A stretch of DNA of 64,000 nucleotides, from the NCBI GenBank assembly GCA_026392515.1, contig JAPLBY010000034.1, positions 300 to 64,299 on the forward strand, given 5' to 3'. The notes beneath the pieces were generated by a model. That model saw nothing but the letters and a program-made list of their open reading frames with translations. It was not told the DNA's origin and searched no databases. Below are positions 35,926-44,084 of this stretch, piece after piece (within the stretch, counting starts at the first letter, position 1; each line of letters opens with the position of its first letter). The stretch comes from Actinomycetota bacterium. Lineage in GTDB: Bacteria > Actinomycetota > Actinomycetes > S36-B12 > UBA5976. The translations under genes were made by a program, and so were the position numbers.

Positions 35926-37569
35926 ATGGGACTTGTTGCTGGAATCGACATTGGTAATTCCACGACTGAAATTGTGATCGCGTCTGGAAGTGAGCCAATT
36001 GCCTGGGATCGCAGACCCACTCGGGGCATTAAGGGTTCGGAAGCCTCAATAAAGGCGGCTGTTTCATTGCTACAGAGTTTGCAGCGTGAACACCAGATTG
36101 TGGTCGAAAAGGTAGTAGTGGCTCCGTGGCAACCAGTTGAGACATTAACTTCAACTATTCACGAACCATTGCCAGATACTGGTCGGTTGCAAATCCTAAA
36201 GACCGCTCATCAAAGTGTTGTTGGTGATGGCTGGGCAATTGGCAAACCCTGGTTGATGACCAAAGAAGTAGTTAATAACGGTCCCTTGATCGCAATCGTC
36301 CCAAGTGGTGTGGGATTCGAGTTTGCTGCCGCAGCTATCAATCGAGAGTTGGCAAATGGTTCAAACATAGTTGGCGCTGTAATCGCCGATGACGAAGCCG
36401 TACTGGTTGCTAAGCGCATAAGTGCAGAAATTCCTATCGCTGATGGTGTGGATGTAGAAGTAGCGCGTACCGCGCAGAGACTTTTTCTTGAAGTGAGGCC
36501 ACAAAACTCTTCACTTAAAATCGCCACTGATGTTTGGGCACTACGTTCAGCACTCGAGCTTTCCGAAATGGATGCAAGTCCGTTGAATGAAATTGTGCGT
36601 TGGGTTAAAAACGAACGGACTGCATTAATTGCACTTTTTTCAGAAACTCAAATCTCAATTCAAACCAAGAACGGTTTCATTGATTGGATTGATGGCACAT
36701 CAACTGAGCTATTTGAAGCAATTGCCAAAATCGAAAACTCCCTAATCGGCCATGTTTCTAGAGTTGTGATTACAGATCCAATCAACACTTCTGACATTTG
36801 GGCTTTTGACATTACAAAAGTTTTAGCGGATCGAGGTTTACGACAAGTAGGACACACTCGAGACTTAGCGCTAGCGCAACTTTCGCCACACGGCTTTAAC
36901 TCAGATGTTGACTTATCGGCGCTGTTTGGAGTTCCAGTCGAAATTGCGGAATCAGAAAGTTTCGCTGCGCGAATAGGTGCAACAAGTACACCTGGTGTTG
37001 GATCGGGCGCCGCAATCCTTGACATTGGGGGCGGCACCATCGACTTGATTTCGGAGATTGAATTATCCGCAGCAGGTGCTGGCGAACTGCTAACTGCCGC
37101 AGTTGCTTTTGCATTAGGAACATCTCGAGGAGCTGCAGATTGGATCAAACGCGGACCTGCTCAAAGACTTGAGTCGCCACAAGTGCTTCTTTCCGAAGAT
37201 GGCAGCAAAGCATTCGTTGCCGAATCTGCACCATATCCAGCTTCTGCCATGGGTTCCTTAGTCACGCCAGGTCCGGCAGGATTTCTAACTTTCGGACAGA
37301 ACTTGCAGCCTGCCGAATGGCGGATCATGCGCCAGGGCTTAAAGCAGGCTGCAATTGGGTTAAATGTGTCACGGTTGATTAGAAGCTTGGAAGCCCGAAC
37401 TGGAAATTCCAAAGAGCTAGATCTTGTCGTAGTCGGCGGACCTGTGGCCGATGATGAACTGCTCCCAGTTATCGGAGCCGTTCCAGGTATTAAAGGAATT
37501 GGCCGCGGAAATGTTGCAGGGAAACTTGGCCATAGATATGCCGTTGCCTATGGTCTTTCCCAAATTTAA
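35926..37569 (+). CDS. pduG: diol dehydratase reactivase large subunit (PduG/DdrA-like)
   Basis: 547 aa. Starts MGLVAGIDIGNSTTEIV (ASKHA/actin-fold phosphate-1 motif, as in DdrA). Second ATPase motif AAILDIGGGTIDL. No PduH/DdrB-like ORF follows. Confidence 0.85.
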   Translation: MGLVAGIDIGNSTTEIVIASGSEPIAWDRRPTRGIKGSEASIKAAVSLLQSLQREHQIVVEKVVVAPWQPVETLTSTIHEPLPDTGRLQILKTAHQSVVGDGWAIGKPWLMTKEVVNNGPLIAIVPSGVGFEFAAAAINRELANGSNIVGAVIADDEAVLVAKRISAEIPIADGVDVEVARTAQRLFLEVRPQNSSLKIATDVWALRSALELSEMDASPLNEIVRWVKNERTALIALFSETQISIQTKNGFIDWIDGTSTELFEAIAKIENSLIGHVSRVVITDPINTSDIWAFDITKVLADRGLRQVGHTRDLALAQLSPHGFNSDVDLSALFGVPVEIAESESFAARIGATSTPGVGSGAAILDIGGGTIDLISEIELSAAGAGELLTAAVAFALGTSRGAADWIKRGPAQRLESPQVLLSEDGSKAFVAESAPYPASAMGSLVTPGPAGFLTFGQNLQPAEWRIMRQGLKQAAIGLNVSRLIRSLEARTGNSKELDLVVVGGPVADDELLPVIGAVPGIKGIGRGNVAGKLGHRYAVAYGLSQI

Positions 37570-37653
37570 ATTTGTATTTGAATTCCTGCCCCGTATTTCA
37601 AAAAATCTGTAAAGGTATAAGTATTAATTTTTTGAAACGAATCTAGGGGAAAA

Positions 37654-39249
37654 ATGGCAACGACAGTTTGGCACAATGGCAAGGTTTGGATAAACGACAA
37701 CCAGACTTCGGACGCAATTGCAGCGTCTGAAGGAGTAATCGTTGCTCATGGTGCGGATGCGTTAGCCCTGCAAGCCGATGAAAAAATTGACCTTAAGGGT
37801 GCAACTTTGTTGCCGGGTTTTGGTGACGGACATGCTCATCCGGTTTTTGGTGGCACCGAGACATTATTCGCACCCGTTCGCGGACCTGAAAAACTTGAAC
37901 AACTACTCGAGGCTATTAAAACTTGGGCAGATGAAAATCCAGATGCACCTTGGGTTCGCGGCGAGGGCTACGACCCAAGTTTGGCACCACGTGGTGAATT
38001 TGATGCTAAGTGGCTAGACGATATTGTTCCGGATCGTCCAGTTGTACTTCGAGCTATGGATTACCACACTGCCTGGGTCAACACCAAGGCTTTAGAAATT
38101 GCTGGCATTACTCCAGAAACACCACAGCCTCATGATGGCGAAATACTTTTGCGCCCAGACGGTACCGTCCTTGGAACTTTGCGCGAGTGGGGCGCCTGGA
38201 ACATGGTTTACAAACTTTTACCAAAACTTGATGCCAAGCAAAGGGATCAAGTTGTGCGCGCTGCCTCCGATGCATATTCAGCATGTGGAGTTACTTGGGC
38301 ACAAGACGCTTGGGTTGAAGACGACACATTAGAGACTTGGCTACAGGGAGCAAAAGCCGGAGCTCTAAAATTTCGCGTGAACTTAGCTTGGCTAGCAGAA
38401 CCTGAAGGTGTTTGGCGCACAAAACTTGAAAGCAACTTAGCTCGTCGTGATCGCGTTGCAAAAGAAGCGCCGGAATGGATAACGGGAAATACCGTTAAGT
38501 TCTTCGCAGATGGGATTCTTGAGGGTGGCACCGCAGCAGTGCTGGAAGATTATTGCGACTGCCCAAGTAAAGGCATTCCAAATTGGCGTCGTGAAGAACT
38601 AATCGAAGCTGTCGCCGAAGTTGTAAAGGGTGGGTTCCAAGCACACATCCATGCAATTGGTGATGCTGGCATTCGTAACGCATTAGACGCATTTGAGCAT
38701 GCCCGCAATTTGCATGGCAATCTAATTAACCCAGTTATTGCTCACTCTCAATTAATTGATCCGGCTGATTTGCCACGTTTCAAAGAATTGGATGTGATTG
38801 CAAACTTTGAACCTTTGTGGGCACAACTTGCTAACGAACAGGTTGTGTTAACTGTTCCTCGACTTGGTCAAGAACGAGCCGATCGGCAATACCCAATGGC
38901 TACTTTGCTTCGTAGTGGTACAAAAATTTCTTTTGGCTCAGACTGGCCAGTTACCTCTCCAGTACCTATGGAAGGAATCGGTGTTGCAATTACTCGACAA
39001 ACTGACGAGGAATTTCCGCCAGAAGGTTGGGTTCCGCATGAGCGATTAACCCTTGATGAAGCACTTACGGCTTATACGATGGGTTCAGCAGTGCAAGCAA
39101 ATGAGTCACACCTTTGGGGCGATCTGTCTATCGGTAAGCGCGCCGACATCGCAGTACTTAATTCTGATATTCATGCCTTGGAACCAATGCAGGTGCGCCG
39201 AGCGAAAGTAGTTGGTACCTGGCTCGGTGGCGTAAGGGTATTTGGATAA
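37654..39249 (+). CDS. Amidohydro_3-type metal-dependent amidohydrolase (YtcJ/NfdA-like)
   Basis: 531 aa. LPGFGDGHAHP (HxH), AHIHAIGD and SFGSDWPV metal-ligand motifs. Confidence 0.8.
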   Translation: MATTVWHNGKVWINDNQTSDAIAASEGVIVAHGADALALQADEKIDLKGATLLPGFGDGHAHPVFGGTETLFAPVRGPEKLEQLLEAIKTWADENPDAPWVRGEGYDPSLAPRGEFDAKWLDDIVPDRPVVLRAMDYHTAWVNTKALEIAGITPETPQPHDGEILLRPDGTVLGTLREWGAWNMVYKLLPKLDAKQRDQVVRAASDAYSACGVTWAQDAWVEDDTLETWLQGAKAGALKFRVNLAWLAEPEGVWRTKLESNLARRDRVAKEAPEWITGNTVKFFADGILEGGTAAVLEDYCDCPSKGIPNWRREELIEAVAEVVKGGFQAHIHAIGDAGIRNALDAFEHARNLHGNLINPVIAHSQLIDPADLPRFKELDVIANFEPLWAQLANEQVVLTVPRLGQERADRQYPMATLLRSGTKISFGSDWPVTSPVPMEGIGVAITRQTDEEFPPEGWVPHERLTLDEALTAYTMGSAVQANESHLWGDLSIGKRADIAVLNSDIHALEPMQVRRAKVVGTWLGGVRVFG

Positions 39250-39292
39250 TTACTAGAGCCTGGTCAATAAAGGGTCAAGATAGGTTTATCCC

Positions 39293-39970
39293 GTGGAATT
39301 AACCCCTTCGGAACTAGATCGACTGTTGATCTTTAACGTTGCCCAACTTGCACAGTCCCGAAGGGCGCGCGGCGTAAAGCTGAATAAACCAGAAGCAGTT
39401 GCCTTAATTTCCCATGCAGTTATCGAAGCTGCGCGAGATGGCGCCAGCCATTCGCAAGCCCTGCAAGCTGGAATCAATGCCGTAACCGACGCTGACTTAT
39501 TGCCAGGTGTTGGACCGCTGTTAAGTGGGATCGCAGTTGAGGCAGTTTTCTCTGACGGTCGCAGACTAGTTGTAGTTGATTTTGAATCTAAAGATCTGGA
39601 TGTGCCAGGTAAAGTAACTCGCCTTGAGCCAATCGCAAGCATCCCAAATCCAAACGTGAACTCTGTTGTCGTCGTGAATAAATCTGAAATTCAAATTTCG
39701 GTGACGACTCACATGCATTTCTTTGAAGCTAATCCAAAACTTCAGTTTGATCGGGTTGCCACATATGGCAGACACCTGCACATTCCTGCTGGAGAACATG
39801 TTGACTTCCCACCAGGTGTGGAAGTTTCAGTGAACCTCGTTCCGATCTCCGGAAACCGAATCCTAATTGGGTTCGCCGGATTAGTGGATGGTCCATTAGA
39901 TGCTCCTGGGGAAAAAGAAAGTGCAATATCAAAAGCTCGCTCGCTCGGATATTTGGGATTTGAATCATGA
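39293..39970 (+). CDS. ureAB: urease gamma-beta fusion subunit
   Basis: GTG start. N-terminal MELTPSELDRLLIFNVAQLAQSRRARGVKLNKPEAVALIS..VEAVFSDG is UreA-like. The C-terminal half (PGKV...ISVTTHMHFFEANP.LQFDR....G.HL.IPAG..V.F.PG....V.LV..SG) is a divergent UreB. Confidence 0.85.
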   Translation: MELTPSELDRLLIFNVAQLAQSRRARGVKLNKPEAVALISHAVIEAARDGASHSQALQAGINAVTDADLLPGVGPLLSGIAVEAVFSDGRRLVVVDFESKDLDVPGKVTRLEPIASIPNPNVNSVVVVNKSEIQISVTTHMHFFEANPKLQFDRVATYGRHLHIPAGEHVDFPPGVEVSVNLVPISGNRILIGFAGLVDGPLDAPGEKESAISKARSLGYLGFES

Positions 39971-41658
39971 ACAGTCATGACTTAGCCGATAGCCAACAAG
40001 ACATTGCAATTCATGGCGCTCGCAAAGGAGACTTTGTTCGCCTAGGTGATACCCAACTTGTAGTTCGAGTTGAAGCAGATGATCGGGAACTTGGAAATGA
40101 AGTTCAAATTGGTTTTGGCAAGAACATGCGTGATGGCATTGGAATGCGATCAGTACCAAGTAGCGAATCTTGTGACGTTGTAATCACAAATGTTCTGATC
40201 ATTGACGCAATTCAAGGTATTCGGGTTAGTTCAATTGGAATTCGTGGTGGCCGAATTAGCGCTATCGGCAGAGCTGGAAATCCCGACACCATGGATAACG
40301 TCGATGTAATCATTGGCAGTGGCTCAATCGTGATTCCTGGCGAAGGGTTAATCGCAACTGCCGGTGGCATCGATACTCATGTTCATGCCATGTCACCACG
40401 AGTCTGTGATGCAGCGCTTGCCAGCGGTGTAACCACGATTATTGCCCAAGAATTCGGCCCGTTTTGGGGTGTGGGTGTTAGCTCAAAATGGGCACTTGAA
40501 CAAGCCCACAATATGTATGGTGCTTGGCCATTAAATGTTGGCATCTTGGGTCGCGCAGCCGGATCCACTAGAGCGCCACTTGAAGAGGCCCTTGCCGGTG
40601 GAGTTTGCGGATTTAAAATTCACGAAGATACCGGAGCTCATCCCCGCACGATTGATACCACGTTAACTTTCGCTGATGAATTTGATGTCGCAGTCGCACT
40701 ACACACTGATGGATTAAATGAGATGCTCAGCGTCGCTGACACTATTGACGTAGTTGATGGTCGTGCAGTTCATGCTTTCCATGTTGAAGGATGTGGTGGT
40801 GGTCACTCCCCTGATGTATTGACCATGGCCGGGCGCGAAAACATTTTGGCATCTTCGACAAATCCAACGCTTGCCTATGGTGTCAATGCTGCGGATGAAC
40901 ACGTGGCAATGATTATTTCTGCACACGGCATGAATCCAGAATTACCAAGCGACGTTCAAATGGCTCGTAATCGAGTTCGCAACGCAACTATGGCAGCGGA
41001 GAACCGTCTGCACGATATGGGTGTAATTCCAGTTACTTCTTCTGATGCCCTCGGCATGGGCAGAGTTGATGACACTTGGCGCAAAACTTTTGCTATGGCA
41101 AGTATGTTCGCAGATCACGCAATACTCGATGGTTCTGTCGCTGCTGATGATGTCGCTGTTAACAACGATCGAGTTTTAATGCATGTTGCAAAAATTACAA
41201 CTAACCCCGCTCTGGTGCATGGCTTGTCTCATGAAATTGGATCAATACAAATCGGACTGATGGCTGACATAGTGCTTTGGCCATATTCAACTTTTGCTTC
41301 AAAGCCAAACATGATTATCAAGAATGGTCTGCCAGCTTGGGGTGTAGTTGGTGACCCTGGGGCAACAGTTTCAAATGCTCAGCCGCTGCTAATTGGTCCA
41401 CAATTTGGAGCCTTTGGTGTTACCGCTGAAGATCTAGGTGTCCATTTCACCAACAGCAATTCAGACATTTCGTTGTCTCGCCGGCGAAGTGTTCCAGTGA
41501 AGAACACCAGAACCATTCGAAGTTCAGACATGATTCGGCATGGAATTCTTGGCGAAATCCATGTCGATCACACTGGAAATGTCGTAACGTTCAATGGTCA
41601 GCACATTACGAGTGATCCCCAAAACGCAGCGACACTCACCCGCACATTTTTGCTTTAG
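39967..41658 (+). CDS. ureC: urease alpha subunit (catalytic)
   Basis: 563 aa. GGIDTHVHAMSP (HxH), GFKIHEDTGA (carbamylated Lys plus His), VALHTDGLNE, HAFHVEGCGGGHSPD, IISAHGMN (catalytic His retained, flap Cys replaced by Ala) and TSSDALGMGR (Asp ligand). ATGA overlap with ureAB. Confidence 0.9.
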   Translation: MNSHDLADSQQDIAIHGARKGDFVRLGDTQLVVRVEADDRELGNEVQIGFGKNMRDGIGMRSVPSSESCDVVITNVLIIDAIQGIRVSSIGIRGGRISAIGRAGNPDTMDNVDVIIGSGSIVIPGEGLIATAGGIDTHVHAMSPRVCDAALASGVTTIIAQEFGPFWGVGVSSKWALEQAHNMYGAWPLNVGILGRAAGSTRAPLEEALAGGVCGFKIHEDTGAHPRTIDTTLTFADEFDVAVALHTDGLNEMLSVADTIDVVDGRAVHAFHVEGCGGGHSPDVLTMAGRENILASSTNPTLAYGVNAADEHVAMIISAHGMNPELPSDVQMARNRVRNATMAAENRLHDMGVIPVTSSDALGMGRVDDTWRKTFAMASMFADHAILDGSVAADDVAVNNDRVLMHVAKITTNPALVHGLSHEIGSIQIGLMADIVLWPYSTFASKPNMIIKNGLPAWGVVGDPGATVSNAQPLLIGPQFGAFGVTAEDLGVHFTNSNSDISLSRRRSVPVKNTRTIRSSDMIRHGILGEIHVDHTGNVVTFNGQHITSDPQNAATLTRTFLL

Positions 41659-41667
41659 GAGTTCGCG

Positions 41668-42666
41668 ATGGCGTTAAACCTAGTCACTGCATCTGGGTCA
41701 GGTGCGGAACGTGGCGCACAACTTGGTGAGCAACTGTCACAACTACTTGAAACTGCTTGGAATAGATGGGTACTTCACTTCAGCAAGAACGATGTTGACG
41801 CTGAAGATTTGGCGCAGCGATTGACTGAAGTAGGTGGTTGGGAAACTGCCGAGCGATACTGTCCAGACTTGGTTGCAGAACTCGAAGCAATGGCTGAAGC
41901 TGCGAACATGCCTTGGTATCAGGTGGCTGCGCTTTCAATGTTGGATGAATCTTGGGCACTTACGGGTGGCATGGGTTGCACTGCCATCGCCATAACTCGT
42001 GAGGATTCGCGAGCTGCGGGACAAAACATGGATTTACCCGATTGGACCAACGGGCTGCAAACCGTTTTGCGAGTTAAGGACCAGTCAGGTTTAGGTGTGA
42101 TTGCCGCAACTTATCCAGGCTCACTTGCCACAATGGGAATGAATTCCAACGGAGTTGTTGTGGTTGTTAACGCGCTTGATCTTGCAACAAACATGACTGG
42201 GATGCCCGTAGATTTCGTCACTCGTGGAGCTTTGCATCAGCCAACCGCTGCAGACGCGATTGCCTACATCCGCGAGATCCCACACGCTGTTGGGCAAAAC
42301 TACACAGTGTTAGATAGTAAAGATTTGTTTATGGTTGAAGCGGCCGCAGACAAAGTGATTGATGTACCAACTCATACTGAAGTATCTGGACACACCAACC
42401 ATGCATTCACGCGCGAATACACCGGGTCGGAGGGTTCTTACGCCCGCATGGCAGCAGTCGAAGATAACCGAGAGCACCTAAATACAGCCGAAGATATCAA
42501 GAATCTTCTGCTCGACAAGGATTCTGGCGTTTGCATAACTCTTGGTCGCTGGCGCGAAGACATGTACTCGTTTATGGGGCTGGTTGGCGATTGCGGTACC
42601 AAGCAAGCTTGGGTTAATGCTGCCCCAGCATATGGTGGCGCTTTCGAAGAAGTTGATTTTCTTTAA
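41668..42666 (+). CDS. peptidase C45 / acyl-CoA:6-APA acyltransferase-family Ntn hydrolase
   Basis: 332 aa. LTGGMG-CTAIAI with Cys104, at the position of the Gly-Cys autoprocessing site of this family. The overall ~330-aa size fits. Confidence 0.6.
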   Translation: MALNLVTASGSGAERGAQLGEQLSQLLETAWNRWVLHFSKNDVDAEDLAQRLTEVGGWETAERYCPDLVAELEAMAEAANMPWYQVAALSMLDESWALTGGMGCTAIAITREDSRAAGQNMDLPDWTNGLQTVLRVKDQSGLGVIAATYPGSLATMGMNSNGVVVVVNALDLATNMTGMPVDFVTRGALHQPTAADAIAYIREIPHAVGQNYTVLDSKDLFMVEAAADKVIDVPTHTEVSGHTNHAFTREYTGSEGSYARMAAVEDNREHLNTAEDIKNLLLDKDSGVCITLGRWREDMYSFMGLVGDCGTKQAWVNAAPAYGGAFEEVDFL

Positions 42667-42709
42667 GTCTGCACATGTGCGCACTCCCTAAAGTCCCTAG
42701 GCTAGGGAC

Positions 42710-43954
42710 ATGAGTTCACAAAACAATGTCACTGTAATTGGCGGCGGAATAGTCGGCCTTGCCTGCGCCTGGGAATTAGCAAAAGACGGTGCCTCGGTAA
42801 CAGTTGTTGAGACCGGTGGCTCAAGCTACGGCACGTCACTTGCAAATGCAGGTTGGATAAGTCCAAGTCATATCATTCCGTTTGCGGCTCCAGGCATGGT
42901 GCAAACCGGATTCAAAAATCTAATTGGACGCACCGGCGCATTTGCAATGACACCTGGTGCTGGTCCACTGCTTGCACCTTGGACTCTTAAATTTGCTCGC
43001 TCCTGCACCGATGCGCACGTTGAACATTGCGCGCCTGCTCTAAAAGAACTTCTCGATACCAGCATGGATGTCATTGAAGGCCTAACAGAAACAACGGACT
43101 TAACGCGAACTAATCAACCACAGTGGTACGTCTACACATCCGACAATGCCGAAGCTGATGCTGAACATGAAGTTGATCTAGTGACAAAGTACGGTGTGGA
43201 TGCAAAGCAGCTTGACCTTGCAACAAGTTTAGAAAAAGAGCCAATGCTCAAGGACACCGTTAAGGCAGTTGTTGAATTTAGTTCTGATTTTGGTTTGGAT
43301 CCAGGAAAGCTCGTGGAGGTCTATCGCAGAAATTGCGAAGCAATTGGCGTTGCTTTCCGCGATGAAAAAGTTACTGCAATGTCTTCAACAAGTCGTAACG
43401 TAACGGTTGTAACTGCAACTGACTCATGGATAAGTGACTACGTAGTTTTAGCAGCTGGCGTTTGGTCTCGCGAACTTGCCAAGACTCTTGGTGAAAACCT
43501 GCCAATCATGCCGGCAAAAGGTCAGTCCGTAACTCTTCCGGGCGTAACAAACATGCCGTCTCGAACTCTGATGTTGGCAGACCAAAGAATCGCAACGAAT
43601 CCGCTTGAATGGGGATTTCGAATGAGTACTGGCTTCGCGCTTACATCTTCAAGTGATATGTCGGTTAACTCAAAAGCAACAGAGAAATTGATCGCTACCG
43701 CTCGCCAAGCTTTGAACTTGCCAGACAAATTCGAAGTTAAGAATGAACTTGCTGGACTTCGGCCTGCCAGTCCAGACGGCATGCCATACATTGGTGCGCT
43801 TCCAAAGGCGCCCCGTGTAATTGCTGCTACTGGTCACGGAATGTTGGGCCTAATGATGGGTCCTGGCACTGGAAAGTTTGTATCCGATTTGGTTGCCGGA
43901 CGTCCGGTTTCTCGTGATGTCTTGAAATTCTCCCCCGCCAGACCCCGTCTTTAA
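42710..43954 (+). CDS. FAD-dependent oxidoreductase (DadA/DAO family amine or D-amino acid dehydrogenase/oxidase)
   Basis: N-terminal VTVIGGGIVGLACAWELAKDGASVTVVE dinucleotide fold. 414 aa, DAO-family length, and C-terminal ATGHGMLG. Confidence 0.8.
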   Translation: MSSQNNVTVIGGGIVGLACAWELAKDGASVTVVETGGSSYGTSLANAGWISPSHIIPFAAPGMVQTGFKNLIGRTGAFAMTPGAGPLLAPWTLKFARSCTDAHVEHCAPALKELLDTSMDVIEGLTETTDLTRTNQPQWYVYTSDNAEADAEHEVDLVTKYGVDAKQLDLATSLEKEPMLKDTVKAVVEFSSDFGLDPGKLVEVYRRNCEAIGVAFRDEKVTAMSSTSRNVTVVTATDSWISDYVVLAAGVWSRELAKTLGENLPIMPAKGQSVTLPGVTNMPSRTLMLADQRIATNPLEWGFRMSTGFALTSSSDMSVNSKATEKLIATARQALNLPDKFEVKNELAGLRPASPDGMPYIGALPKAPRVIAATGHGMLGLMMGPGTGKFVSDLVAGRPVSRDVLKFSPARPRL

Positions 43955-44084
43955 TTACCTTCTTCAGCGTTAGCAAACTGTTACTTTAAGTGAGTTGCCA
44001 TTATTCAATGCTATTTCGTTGTAAGTTTCACTTGAGAAAGCTTAGGTTTTCGTGGGTAAATCGGACATTTGAAAGTAGGCCGCA

